This document shows positions 18,737-29,104 of a stretch of 64,000 bases of DNA, piece after piece (the stretch's first letter is position 1; each line of letters opens with the position of its first letter). The notes beneath the pieces are model-generated. The model had not been told where the DNA came from and searched no databases. It saw nothing but the letters and a program-made list of their open reading frames with translations. The stretch comes from Blastocatellia bacterium (GTDB taxonomy: Bacteria; Acidobacteriota; Blastocatellia; UBA7656), in contig CAVXWP010000001.1 in assembly GCA_963765495.1 (NCBI GenBank), forward strand, positions 896,001-960,000, written 5' to 3'. The translations under genes were made by a program, and so were the position numbers.

Positions 18737-21438
18737 TTTTTAGAAAGCAGAGGGATGACAAACTCTCGCCGGACATATCTGTCGCCCGGCCCTTCAAAAC
18801 TCAGAATCAATTGCGCGGTATTGGTCGGGCTCTTCTTTACGCCCTCCGTCTCGCCAAAATCCCGCCCTGTGCGTATGCCGATTGTGTAAGCGTGCCCGCC
18901 GAGCCCTTCAGCCGTCAGGTATAAAGCATCTTTGTCGGCGTGTGAGCGAAGCAGGCGAAGCCCGCTGTTGCTTGCGCCCGGCGCGGGAACTTCCGGCTCG
19001 ATAAAAACGTCGGTTCCTTCGTCGTAGACATAAACTATTTCCGTTCTCGGTCCCGCGTTTTCAATAATGACTTCGGCTCGCTGTACGTCGCCCGTGCGCG
19101 CGATCTGAAACTTCATCGCTCGACCGTTGACGATCACAGAGCGAACCTCGGCGTCGAGCGGGAAGGCGGGAGAGACGATTAAACGGTTTGCCCCGCCCTG
19201 TGGGTTTTGCTCTCGCGGTTGATCGCGCTCGGCGAGAATCTCCATGCGCCCCCTGAGATTCTTAAGCGTCAAATCATAATGAGACACGCCTGCCGCGATC
19301 TTTCGCGCCGTCAGGCCACTCCAATTGGCGGGCAGTTGCGGCGCGAATATCAGGGTCTTGCCCGCGTCCCTCGCTTCGATGCCGAGCAGCCCCCGCATCA
19401 ACGGGGTTACCACCATCGCTTCCGACCATATCTGATGATGAGACGAGCGCCCGAACGCGGTGTTGAAATCACCCGACAATAGCTCTGTCACATAGCCGAG
19501 CGCGCCCTGATAGGTGAGCAAGGCATTTGCCGTCAGCGCCTGATAGCCTACGTGCGGACGCCCGTAGCGATAGGCCCCCACTGATGTCCAGCCGGTGAAG
19601 AGCGCCCAGACCGAGCCGTAATGATAAGAGAGCGGGTCGTAGAGGCGGCTGCGATTCGAAATAATTCGCGCCCCCCAATCCGTAGCCATCTCTCCGCTGC
19701 CGAGATGATCTATCTCCGACTGCGCCCGTCCGTCCTCAAGCGTGTGCCACCAAAGCGGGACGGCGGGCAACACCGTGTCTTCGTCAATCAATCGCTTGCG
19801 GTCGAGTTCATTTATACGCTGCTGGCGAATCTCTCTATTCGGCCCCGGCTCGGCCGTGCGCGACTCCGCCCGCGGGAGGTTTGTTGCAAAGGCGTAATAA
19901 CCCTGATCGGCAAGCCAGTAGGTTTGTTCGGTAGCTTTGCGTGTGCGCTCGGCCTCGGCTCGCGCCCTCTGAGCCAGGGGCGCGTCTTTTATCGCGTCGG
20001 CCATCTCGGCAAGGCGTTCGAGAGCCTCCATCCAGACGCCCTGCATGTATATCTCTTCGTGCGGAGGATAGAGAGCGCCGCCTTCTACCCAGCCGTGGCC
20101 GAATTTTGTATTTTCGATCAACCCGTTGTTGTCCGTGTCGGTCGCCGATGTAAAGCGATAGGCTTTCAGGATGGAGTCCCAGTTCTTCTTTATGAAATCC
20201 AGATCGCCCGACGAGCGCCAGTAATCGCCGTGAGCGATTATGTAAAGCGGGGTCGCGTCGGCGCTCGCCCATGGATAACCGTAATCTTTGAACCACGGAA
20301 GAAGGCCCGCGCTCTGCGAAATCTCGTGCGGAATCTTTCCGTCTTCGCGCTGGAATTGCTTGAGAAAATCGAGCGCCTGTCGCGTAGAGGCAAAGTCGCC
20401 ATACGAGGTGACGGCAAAGGATGTCCAGAGCGCGTCACGCCCGAAAAACCAGGCAAAACCGGGCCTCTCGCTTTCGCCCGACGTGCGAAACCCGGCCAGT
20501 AAACCCGTGCCGAGCATGGGGTTTGTGGCAATCCCCTTATCAACTCCTACCTTCGCCCACGCGAATGCGCGGGTGAGCCTGTCATCGGGCGTCGTGATGT
20601 TTGCGGTCTCGTCGAGCAGGCGTCTGTAATAGGTCACGTTCTTTTCATAAAGCGGCCTGATGGAGGCCAGCATACTTTCATAGGCGGCTTTTGCCTTATC
20701 GCGCCCCTCGACGCTGCCCGCGATGATTATGGGGATCAGGCTCGCTTTCATTACGTCGAGCGATGCTTCGATGACAAAACGGTTTGGAACATCGCGCGGC
20801 TCTTCCTGATAAGGCATGACGGAAATGTCGCGGGCAAGGGGTGAGCCGATCACGCCCGCAAATCGGTTAGTCTCTTCGCTGATAGTGTAAGTGTGTGAGG
20901 TTTCATCCCAGCCGATATAGCCGGTCATCAATCCGGCGGGCCACATCAATCGCAGCTTTGGCCTGAACGCGCCCGTGATGGTCATAGGCAGCACGCTCTT
21001 GACATCGAGCAACATCACTATGCCCGGCTCTTCGATTGGCGCAAAGATTATTTGTCTGACGGTGAAAGCCGCGTGCGAGTAAGTGAAGATCGTGGCTTCG
21101 GGCCGCACGGTGATGCCCGTCATAATGTCCGGTCCGTAGATGTCGAGCGGGTAGCCTTCAAGCCGGAATGACAGCGTGAAATCGTCCAGCAATTTCATCG
21201 GATAGACCCAGGCTTCGAAGGGGCGATTCTCGTAACCGAATACGGCTGACTTGCGACCCACTACGTCAAAGAAAGAGCCGACCTCGGAGTGCCGGTCGAG
21301 TTCCAATCCGCTCGCGTTCAGATTGAATTTCTGTGGCAGCGGGGATGTGGTTTGCGCGGCTTCCGTGAACGCGGCGCATAGGTTGAATGTGATTATCAGA
21401 CAGCAGATCAAGCGTATATGGATTGAATAAATCCTCAA
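18733..21438 (-). CDS. Secreted (alpha/alpha)6 glycosidase, amylo-alpha-1,6-glucosidase/glycogen-debranching-like
   Basis: WFFGRDALW, GKIPHE, SADATPLYI and YHYGSVW motifs; signal peptide; GGAGG before TTG start. Confidence 0.82.
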   Translation of the reverse strand: MRIYSIHIRLICCLIITFNLCAAFTEAAQTTSPLPQKFNLNASGLELDRHSEVGSFFDVVGRKSAVFGYENRPFEAWVYPMKLLDDFTLSFRLEGYPLDIYGPDIMTGITVRPEATIFTYSHAAFTVRQIIFAPIEEPGIVMLLDVKSVLPMTITGAFRPKLRLMWPAGLMTGYIGWDETSHTYTISEETNRFAGVIGSPLARDISVMPYQEEPRDVPNRFVIEASLDVMKASLIPIIIAGSVEGRDKAKAAYESMLASIRPLYEKNVTYYRRLLDETANITTPDDRLTRAFAWAKVGVDKGIATNPMLGTGLLAGFRTSGESERPGFAWFFGRDALWTSFAVTSYGDFASTRQALDFLKQFQREDGKIPHEISQSAGLLPWFKDYGYPWASADATPLYIIAHGDYWRSSGDLDFIKKNWDSILKAYRFTSATDTDNNGLIENTKFGHGWVEGGALYPPHEEIYMQGVWMEALERLAEMADAIKDAPLAQRARAEAERTRKATEQTYWLADQGYYAFATNLPRAESRTAEPGPNREIRQQRINELDRKRLIDEDTVLPAVPLWWHTLEDGRAQSEIDHLGSGEMATDWGARIISNRSRLYDPLSYHYGSVWALFTGWTSVGAYRYGRPHVGYQALTANALLTYQGALGYVTELLSGDFNTAFGRSSHHQIWSEAMVVTPLMRGLLGIEARDAGKTLIFAPQLPANWSGLTARKIAAGVSHYDLTLKNLRGRMEILAERDQPREQNPQGGANRLIVSPAFPLDAEVRSVIVNGRAMKFQIARTGDVQRAEVIIENAGPRTEIVYVYDEGTDVFIEPEVPAPGASNSGLRLLRSHADKDALYLTAEGLGGHAYTIGIRTGRDFGETEGVKKSPTNTAQLILSFEGPGDRYVRREFVIPLLSKK

Positions 21439-21583
21439 AGCGAACCTCCGGGTAGAAAGCGGTTGATTGGATGGGCTGCATTTTATGCGGGCAGGCCCGA
21501 CAGTTCAAGTCTATGCTGTCGGCGCAGATGCTTTGATCGAAATAGGCGGAGTCTTCGGTCTTCCTCCAAACTCACTTTTGATA

Positions 21584-23410
21584 TTATTTGCTCACAACGC
21601 CTTTGCCCTCGGCGATTGTCAGCACGCGATCTATGCCGGGTATTTTTATCGTCTCGGTCTGGCCGTCGGGCCACTTCACTTCCAGTCGATCAACCTTGCT
21701 GCTCGACCCCAGGCCGAAATGCAGCCGCCTGTCATTTTGCGAAGCGAAACCGGCTCCGCTGATTACGTCCTGTCGCTGGCGGGTCTTGCCCGTGGTCACA
21801 TAGGCAATAGCCCCGGTTGCATCGAGCGGGCTTTTCTTTGCCGTGTCGCCGATCAGTTTCAGCGAGAGCCAGTGGCTTGAATTCTTTGTGACGTTCTTTA
21901 GCACCGAAGGCGGCGAGTCCATATTGTTGATCACAACGTCGAGCAGCCCGTCTCCGTCGAGGTCGCCTACGGCAAGCCCGCGCCCGCGTGTGGCTATAGC
22001 CAGCCCGCTCCCCGCTGCCGCGCCCGCGCGCTCGAATTTGCCAGTGCCGAGATTGCGAAACAGCAACGGTTGTTGCGCGTAGCTGGTTCCCCACTGATGT
22101 TTGTCTACGCCGGGATAGACGTGCCCGTTGGCGATTATTATGTCTTCCCATCCATCGTTGTCATAGTCTATAAAACTGACTCCCCAGCCGAGAAAAGGCA
22201 GGGTTATCTCTCCGTGCCCGGTTTGATATGTGAGGTCTATGAAGTTGCCGTCGCCTTCATTATGATAGAGCGTATTCGAGTCGTCCGAAAAATTTGTCAC
22301 ATAAACATCCATGCGGCCATCGTTGTCGTAATCGCCCAGCCCCACACCCATACCGGCCTGCTCGCGCCCGCTCTCGCTTAAGGCCAGGGCCGACTCGTAG
22401 CCCTTCTCTTCAAATGTGCCGTCGCCTTTGTTGACATAGAAAAGATTTGCGGTCGAGTCGTTTATCACGATCAGGTCGAGATAATCGTCTTCATTGAGAT
22501 GAGCGAACGCCGATGAAAACCCGTAGAATTTTTGCGGGTCATTCACACCCGCCTTTATGCTTACATCTTCAAACGTGCCGTCTGTTTTCTGGTGATAGAG
22601 CGTATCCCCTTCGCCCGTCAGACCGCGCGGCCCACACATCACCGGCTCGCCGCGAAACTGGCAGAACTTGCCCAGATTTTCTTTGTCGCTCGCCTTTGCG
22701 GGCGAGGGCGGAAGGCTTTTGAGATCGAACACCAGATAGCCGGGAACGAAGAGGTCCAGCCGCCCGTCGCCGTCATAATCTCCCCAGCTTGCTCCAGTGC
22801 TCCATCCCTTTCGCGCCACGTTGAGCTTTTCGGCCACATCCGTAAACGTGCCGTCGCCGTTGTTGTGATAAAGGCGAGAGACGCCGTAGTTGCCTACGTA
22901 CATATCGAGCCGCCCGTCGTTGTCGTAATCGGCGACGGCTACGCCAAAGCCCCATCGCTCGTTTGCTACTCCGGCCTTTTCCGTCACGTCTTCAAACTTC
23001 CAGTTGCCCAGATTGTGATAGAGCGCCGCGTGCGGCGGTTTCTCTTTGCCTTCGAGCGCGGGAATCGTCGAGCCGTTGAGCAGATAAATATCGACAAGCC
23101 CGTCGTTGTCGTAATCAAACAGGGCTACGCCGCCCGAAGGAGTGTCGATAATATACTCTTTTGCGGGGCTGCCCGACCTGTGCATGAATTTTGCGAGCGC
23201 GGTCTTTGCCGTCACGTCTTCGTAGATAACGGGGGCCTTTGGATCGGTGATGCCTGTGGTCCTGAGCGATGTGTAAGCCCGCGCCGCGCCGGTCGAAACG
23301 CCGCCCATGCCCTGAGACTTTTCAGACTGCTCCTGATAAAGGCGCACGCTCGACGGCAAAAGCAATAGACCCGCCGCAAGATATAAAAACAACAAAACAG
23401 GTTTTAACAT
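21584..23410 (-). CDS. CRTAC1-family protein (FG-GAP plus ASPIC/UnbV)
   Basis: DYDNDG repeats, CGPRGL and LHFGLG...EVKWP. Start at MLKPVLL; alternative TTG at 23425. Confidence 0.88.
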   Translation of the reverse strand: MLKPVLLFLYLAAGLLLLPSSVRLYQEQSEKSQGMGGVSTGAARAYTSLRTTGITDPKAPVIYEDVTAKTALAKFMHRSGSPAKEYIIDTPSGGVALFDYDNDGLVDIYLLNGSTIPALEGKEKPPHAALYHNLGNWKFEDVTEKAGVANERWGFGVAVADYDNDGRLDMYVGNYGVSRLYHNNGDGTFTDVAEKLNVARKGWSTGASWGDYDGDGRLDLFVPGYLVFDLKSLPPSPAKASDKENLGKFCQFRGEPVMCGPRGLTGEGDTLYHQKTDGTFEDVSIKAGVNDPQKFYGFSSAFAHLNEDDYLDLIVINDSTANLFYVNKGDGTFEEKGYESALALSESGREQAGMGVGLGDYDNDGRMDVYVTNFSDDSNTLYHNEGDGNFIDLTYQTGHGEITLPFLGWGVSFIDYDNDGWEDIIIANGHVYPGVDKHQWGTSYAQQPLLFRNLGTGKFERAGAAAGSGLAIATRGRGLAVGDLDGDGLLDVVINNMDSPPSVLKNVTKNSSHWLSLKLIGDTAKKSPLDATGAIAYVTTGKTRQRQDVISGAGFASQNDRRLHFGLGSSSKVDRLEVKWPDGQTETIKIPGIDRVLTIAEGKGVVSK

Positions 23411-23425
23411 AATCTCTGGTTTCAA

Positions 23426-23449
23426 CTCTCAAATCTCAAATCTCAAATC
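23426..23449. repeat. Short heptamer array (TCTCAAA)n
   Basis: CTCTCAAATCTCAAATCTCAAATC fills the intergenic gap; related units occur at 41108-41131 and 54379-54399. Confidence 0.7.
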
Positions 23450-25219
23450 CTATTTCTCAACGATTGTGTGATAGCGATCTATCGCCGGATTTTCGATCAA
23501 TTGAGTGCGTTTGCCCGGCCAGCGAATCTCCACAGAGCGGACGCTTTCGTCTGCGCCGAGCCCTATCAAAATGCGCTGATCGTTTGATGACAGATAACTG
23601 CCCGCGTTTGTCGCGTCGAATATTCTCTTGCGACCGTCTGCCCGCACAATCGTAATGCGAGCCCCTATCGCGCTGCGGTTCGATTTCGTGCCCGCAAGCG
23701 ACAGCCCTATCCAGTGATTCTTTGTGCCGAGGTTTCGCAACACGACCGGCGCGCCGTCAAGCACGCCCATGACGATGTCTGTGTCGCCGTCGTTATCCAG
23801 ATCGCCAAAAGCTGCCCCGCGCGCGGCCACGGCCACCTTGAACGCCGCTCCCGCCGAAGCGGAGACATTGACAAAGCCTTTGCCGAACCGGCGCATGAGC
23901 AGAGGCGGCTGTTTGTATTTCAGATAGCTCGATGTCTTCTCAATCGTATCGAGCACGTGGCTTTGAGCTACGAAGATGTCCGACAGCCCGTCGTTATCGG
24001 CATCGATGAAATGGACTCCCCAGCCCGAATTCAGCAGCGTGATCTGAGCTACGCCCGAAGTATTGGTCACATAGCTGAAAGAATCGTCGCCGTTGTTGTG
24101 ATACAGGGGGTAGGTTTCATTTGACAGCGCCGTGATTATTATGTCGGGGTTGCCGTCGTCGTCATAGTCAGCCGCGTCTACGCCCATGCCTGCGAAGGTC
24201 TTGCCGTTTTCGTCGTAAGCCACACCCGAGGGCAAGGCCGTATCTTCAAACGTGCCGTCGCCGTTATTGCGGTAAAGCGATTGACGAACGCTGTCGTTTG
24301 CGACTATCACATCCATCCATCCATCGCCGTCGAAGTCGGCAAAGGCCACTCCAAGCCCCTTGCCCTCCGGGTCTGCGACCCCGGCTTTGACGCTCACATC
24401 TTCAAAGGTTCCATCCGCCTTTTGATGAAAGAGCAGGTTCCCGACTCCCTTGAAATTATCGGGATGGCAATAGGCGCGAAACCCGGGCCGCGTGTCGCCG
24501 CAATAGATCGAACCGCGCTCGAAATCCCAATCCAGATAGCGCGCAACGAACAGGTCCAATCTTCCATCGTTGTCATAATCAAACCAGCCCGCGCTTGTTG
24601 ACCACCCGCCGCCCGTCACGCCCGCCCGCTTTGTCACATCAGAAAATCGGCCGTCGCCGTCGTTGTGATAGAGCGTGTTTCGGCCATAGCCGGTCACGTA
24701 AATATCCGGGCGGCCATCATTATCGTAATCGCCTACGGCCACGCCCATGCTGTAACCCTCGCCTTTTACCCCCGCACGCGCGGTTGTGTCTTCAAACGTG
24801 CCGTCGGCCTTTTGATGATAGAGGCGGTTCCAATACTTCGCATCGCTCTTGTCGGGCATCGCGCCCTCTGGCATAGGGTCTTTTAGCTCGGCCCCGTTAG
24901 TAAAAAACAGGTCCAGCCGACCGTCATTATCATAGTCGAGCAGCCCCACGCCGCCGCCCATGGTTTCGAGCAGATACTTTCGCGATGTTTGGGATGCCGC
25001 CTGTTTGAAGACGATGCGGGTTTCGGTAGTGATGTCAGCGAAAGTTACCGGCGAGGGAGATTGCGGCGCTGCGGGAGGCGGCTTTTTTACCTCACCCGTA
25101 TCATAAGACCGGCCCCGTCGCTCGGGCGGCGGAGGCTGTTGTCCTTGAAGTCCGAAAACATTGCTCAAAGGCAATAGAGCGACTGTGAAGATAATGATCG
25201 TGCGACACAGAGTTTTCAT
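23450..25219 (-). CDS. CRTAC1-family protein (FG-GAP plus ASPIC/UnbV)
   Basis: Signal peptide, DYDNDG repeats, YCHPD and SNRSAIGAR...VEIRWP. Confidence 0.9.
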   Translation of the reverse strand: MKTLCRTIIIFTVALLPLSNVFGLQGQQPPPPERRGRSYDTGEVKKPPPAAPQSPSPVTFADITTETRIVFKQAASQTSRKYLLETMGGGVGLLDYDNDGRLDLFFTNGAELKDPMPEGAMPDKSDAKYWNRLYHQKADGTFEDTTARAGVKGEGYSMGVAVGDYDNDGRPDIYVTGYGRNTLYHNDGDGRFSDVTKRAGVTGGGWSTSAGWFDYDNDGRLDLFVARYLDWDFERGSIYCGDTRPGFRAYCHPDNFKGVGNLLFHQKADGTFEDVSVKAGVADPEGKGLGVAFADFDGDGWMDVIVANDSVRQSLYRNNGDGTFEDTALPSGVAYDENGKTFAGMGVDAADYDDDGNPDIIITALSNETYPLYHNNGDDSFSYVTNTSGVAQITLLNSGWGVHFIDADNDGLSDIFVAQSHVLDTIEKTSSYLKYKQPPLLMRRFGKGFVNVSASAGAAFKVAVAARGAAFGDLDNDGDTDIVMGVLDGAPVVLRNLGTKNHWIGLSLAGTKSNRSAIGARITIVRADGRKRIFDATNAGSYLSSNDQRILIGLGADESVRSVEIRWPGKRTQLIENPAIDRYHTIVEK

Positions 25220-25441
25220 AGCTTGATAGTGGTCTCAGGGTTTACGACAAATATTCTTATGATTATTGCTGCGAAGATCAAGGCCGGTTCGACAGGCTCC
25301 GTCGATTATGTAAATATAAGGGCGACACGATTCGGCTCGCTATTCCTGCAAGGTCAGCTGTAGCCGAATGGGTTGTATATTGTTGATCGTAGCGGCTGGC
25401 ATAGTGCTCAACTTGCTGGCCCGAAAACATCCATCCTTATT

Positions 25442-27352
25442 ATGAGAAGACATATCCACTTTACTAAATTGCTCGTTCAAGCCGCAACAATGCTTGCGCT
25501 GCTTTTTGGCGGGGCGTCAATCTGTCTGGCTCAGGGCGCTCCTGAAATCCTAAAGGTCGAGCCGCCAAACTGGTGGGCGGGTCACACGATCAACCCTGTG
25601 CGCGTTATGATCCGAGGCCGCAACCTCGCAGGCGCAAGCGTCCAGTCGGGCAACGAGGGCATCAGCCCGGTCGGCCCCGTGAAGGTCAACAATCGGGGCA
25701 CGTATCTTTTCGTTGACGTAGCCATAAACCCTGCGGCCACTCCCGGCAAGCGCGTTCTGAAAGTCTTGACGCCCGGCGGAAGCGTTGATGCTCCGTTCGA
25801 AGTCTCGGCACCGCTCGCGCGTGCCGGGCGGTTTCAGGGAGTGACGACCGATGACGTGATCTATCTGCTGATGCCCGACCGTTTCAGCGACGGGGACACC
25901 TCGAATGACGACCCCGCAAAGTCAAAAGGATTGTTCAACCGCTCCGAGCCCCGTTATTATCACGGCGGCGATTTGCGCGGCGTAATCGAGCGATTGCCTT
26001 ATCTGAAAGACCTGGGCGTTACGGCCATATGGCTCAATCCGTGGTATGACAACAATGATCATCTGAACGAACGCGAGATGCCCGAAGGCAAACCCATAAC
26101 GGATTATCACGGCTACGGCGCTACGGATTTCTACGCCGTAGACGAGCACTTCGGCGACCTTACGACACTGCGAGAGATGGTCGATGCCGCGCACGCGCTC
26201 GGGATAAAAGTAGTTCAGGACGAGGTAGCCAATCACACCGGCCCGTATCATCCGTGGGTGACGGATGCGCCTACCGAGACGTGGTATAACGGGACCGAAG
26301 CCAGTCACATAGACGAGACGTGGCAGACGTGGCTGTTGAAGGACGCGCACGCGACTCCTGAAACGCTGCGGCCCGTGCTCGACGGGTGGTTCCTCAACAT
26401 CCTGCCCGATCTCAACCAGAACGATGAGGAGACAAGCCGTTACATCATTCAAAACACGCTCTGGTGGATAGGCGTTTCAGGGCTCGACACCGTTCGACAA
26501 GACACTCTGCCTTATGTGCCTCGCCGGTTCTGGCGCGACTGGACGCGGGCCATCAAGAGCGAGTATCCGCACGTAAACGTTATAGGCGAGACCTATGACG
26601 GCGACCCGGCTCAGGTCGCTTTTTTTCAGGGGGGCGTGCCGAGGTTTGACGGCGTAGATTCGGGCATCGACACGGAATTTGACTTCCCGCTCTTTTACGC
26701 GATACGTACCGCTTTCGCCAGTGGCAAGTCCATCAAAGCGATACCTGAAATGCTCTCGCGCGATTATCTGTATCCGAACCCTGATATCCTCGTGCCGTTT
26801 CTCGGTCTGCACGACATGCTGCGCTTCATGAACGAGCAGGGCGCAACGCGTCAGGGGTTGATGCTCGCGCAGACCTTTCTGATGACGACTCGCGGAATCC
26901 CTCTGATCTATTACGGCGACGAGATAGCGATACAGGGCGGAAACGACCCCGACAACCGGCGCGACTTTCCGGGCGGTTTCCCGGGCGATGCGCGCAACGC
27001 ATTCACAGACGAGGGGCGCACCGGCGACGAGCGCGAGGTATTCAATCACCTTCGACTGGTCGCAAACCTTCGCAAAGAATTGACCCCTCTGCGGCGGGGC
27101 GGTCTTGTGACGCTCGGCTTCACGGATGACCAGTACGCTTTCGCGCGCACTACCCTGAGCGACTGGGTTGTCGTCGTATTCAATAACGCTTCCGCGTCGG
27201 CTCAGGTAGAATTGGATTTGTCGCCGTTGAAAGCTGCGCCGGGCACGGTGCTTACCGACAGGCTCGGCGCAACCGGAGACATACGAGTAGATGGGAATAA
27301 GGCGCGCATCACTTTGCCTGCGCGCTCGGCGGCAATACTGGTAAGGAAGTGA
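25442..27352 (+). CDS. Secreted GH13 enzyme, cyclomaltodextrinase/neopullulanase (SusA-like)
   Basis: N-domain KVEPPNWW; IYLLMPDRFSDGD, YHGGDL, YHGY; catalytic RQDT, IGE and LHD; YYGDE. Confidence 0.9.
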   Translation: MRRHIHFTKLLVQAATMLALLFGGASICLAQGAPEILKVEPPNWWAGHTINPVRVMIRGRNLAGASVQSGNEGISPVGPVKVNNRGTYLFVDVAINPAATPGKRVLKVLTPGGSVDAPFEVSAPLARAGRFQGVTTDDVIYLLMPDRFSDGDTSNDDPAKSKGLFNRSEPRYYHGGDLRGVIERLPYLKDLGVTAIWLNPWYDNNDHLNEREMPEGKPITDYHGYGATDFYAVDEHFGDLTTLREMVDAAHALGIKVVQDEVANHTGPYHPWVTDAPTETWYNGTEASHIDETWQTWLLKDAHATPETLRPVLDGWFLNILPDLNQNDEETSRYIIQNTLWWIGVSGLDTVRQDTLPYVPRRFWRDWTRAIKSEYPHVNVIGETYDGDPAQVAFFQGGVPRFDGVDSGIDTEFDFPLFYAIRTAFASGKSIKAIPEMLSRDYLYPNPDILVPFLGLHDMLRFMNEQGATRQGLMLAQTFLMTTRGIPLIYYGDEIAIQGGNDPDNRRDFPGGFPGDARNAFTDEGRTGDEREVFNHLRLVANLRKELTPLRRGGLVTLGFTDDQYAFARTTLSDWVVVVFNNASASAQVELDLSPLKAAPGTVLTDRLGATGDIRVDGNKARITLPARSAAILVRK

Positions 27353-27438
27353 ATCATGATGCGTGATTCGTGACGCGAGCAGGCTTGCAAATTGTCTTTA
27401 ACAGGCGAACTACCTGAAGATCACGCATCACGATTCAC
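27349..27438. repeat. Heptamer-array hairpin element (family A)
   Basis: Begins at the stop codon. Core on the minus strand reads TTCAGGTAGTTCGCCTGTTAAAGACAATTTGCAAGCC. Confidence 0.85.
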
Positions 27439-27459
27439 TTTGGAAAGGCGATAAAGGCT

Positions 27460-28896
27460 ATGGAGAAACCGCGTCTGAGTTTCTGGCAAATCTGGAATAT
27501 GAGCTTCGGCTTTCTGGGGATACAGTTTGGCTGGGGTTTGCAACTTGCCAATATGAGCGGCATTTACACCTATCTTGGCGCTAAACCGGACAAGATACCT
27601 ATTTTGTGGCTGGCCGGGCCGGTGACGGGACTTCTGGTGCAGCCGATCATAGGCTCCATGAGTGATCGCACGTGGAATCGGCTGGGCCGCCGCCGCCCTT
27701 ACTTTCTCGTAGGCGCTATCCTTTCAAGCATCGCGCTCTTTTTCATGCCCGATTCATCGGCGCTATGGATGGCCGCCGGGTTGCTCTGGATTTTAGACGC
27801 GAGCATCAATATCAGCATGGAGCCGTTTCGCGCTTTTGTGGCCGACAAGCTGAACGTCGATCAGCGTACCGCCGGATTCGTAATGCAGAGCTTCTTTATC
27901 GGTGTAGGCGCGTCTCTGGCTAATGCGCTGCCTTACATCTTCAACGCGTATGGAGTTGATGAGGGCTATAAAAGTCAGGCCGCATCTCAGCTTGCGACGG
28001 GAGCCGCGCGGACGAATGTTATTCCTCCGAGCATCATCTATTCGTTCAAGATCGGCGCGGCTGCATTTTTGCTCGCGGTGCTGTGGACAGTCTTTACTTC
28101 AAAAGAATATCCCCCGGCGAATATGGAAGAGTTCGAGCGCAAGCGCAGCGAGCATAAAGGTATAGGCGCGGCTCTGAGGGAAGTATCATCGGCCTTCAGC
28201 GAGATGCCTCAGACGATGAAGCAACTGGCCGTGGTTCAACTCTTCACGTGGCTCGGCCTGTTTTGCATGTGGATGTTTTTTGGGCTGACCACGTCATATC
28301 ACATATTCGGCGCGACAAGCGATAAGGACCCGGCCTTTGTCGAAGGACAGGCGTGGGGCGGAATCTCGTTCGCCGTTTATTCGATAGTCTGTTTCGCGGT
28401 CGCCTTCCTTTTGCCTATGGCCGCGAAGGCTACGAGCCGTAAGACCGTGCACGCGGCGGCGCTCGTTTGCGGCGGAATCGGGTTGCTTTCGGTCTATTTT
28501 ATCCACGATAAAAACGTGCTGCTTTTGACGATGATCGGCGTAGGAATCGCGTGGGCCTCGATTCTTTCAATGCCTTACGCGATCTTGTCGGGAGCCCTGC
28601 CCCCGGCGCGAATGGGCGTCTACATGGGCATATTCAATTTCTTTATCGTCATCCCCGAGATCATCGCATCGCTCACATTCCAGCCGCTTGTAAAATACGT
28701 CTTCAACAACAACCCGCTCTATGTAGTGATGCTTGGCGGAGCGTCGATGCTGACGGCGGCCGTTCTGGTCGGATTCGTGCGTGATGTATCGGATCAAAGC
28801 CTGCCGGGCGCTGTGCTGAAGGCCGATGAGAAAGAACCGTTCATAGTTCCTGAATCCGCGCAGCCCGTGCCGAGCACAGGGCTTGTCGATGAGTAG
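27460..28896 (+). CDS. MFS maltose/oligosaccharide transporter (SLC45/MalT-like)
   Basis: [35 protein letters not shown] and [14 protein letters not shown]. Confidence 0.92.
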   Translation: MEKPRLSFWQIWNMSFGFLGIQFGWGLQLANMSGIYTYLGAKPDKIPILWLAGPVTGLLVQPIIGSMSDRTWNRLGRRRPYFLVGAILSSIALFFMPDSSALWMAAGLLWILDASINISMEPFRAFVADKLNVDQRTAGFVMQSFFIGVGASLANALPYIFNAYGVDEGYKSQAASQLATGAARTNVIPPSIIYSFKIGAAAFLLAVLWTVFTSKEYPPANMEEFERKRSEHKGIGAALREVSSAFSEMPQTMKQLAVVQLFTWLGLFCMWMFFGLTTSYHIFGATSDKDPAFVEGQAWGGISFAVYSIVCFAVAFLLPMAAKATSRKTVHAAALVCGGIGLLSVYFIHDKNVLLLTMIGVGIAWASILSMPYAILSGALPPARMGVYMGIFNFFIVIPEIIASLTFQPLVKYVFNNNPLYVVMLGGASMLTAAVLVGFVRDVSDQSLPGAVLKADEKEPFIVPESAQPVPSTGLVDE

Positions 28897-28923
28897 TTGT
28901 GCGCTAATTCCAATATGTAGATC

Positions 28924-28960
28924 AGGCGAATAGAAATAGGCCGCGGCATTCGCGGCCTGT
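28924..28960 (+). terminator. Hairpin, apparently a collapsed family-B element
   Basis: AGGCGAATAGAAATAGGCCGCG-GCATT-CGCGGCCTGT; shares its head and tail with the 63278 element. Confidence 0.6.
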
Positions 28961-29104
28961 TACGGCAGCCCTTATATCTATTCTGGGGAAACCAGAATAG
29001 TCGTAATTCTGCTGCCGGTTCTTATTCCCTTTTCGCAAAATACGGGCTGGCCGAAGTTCGCGCCTGCCGGTAAACTGCCTGACGGAAAAGGAGATTTATC
29101 GCCT

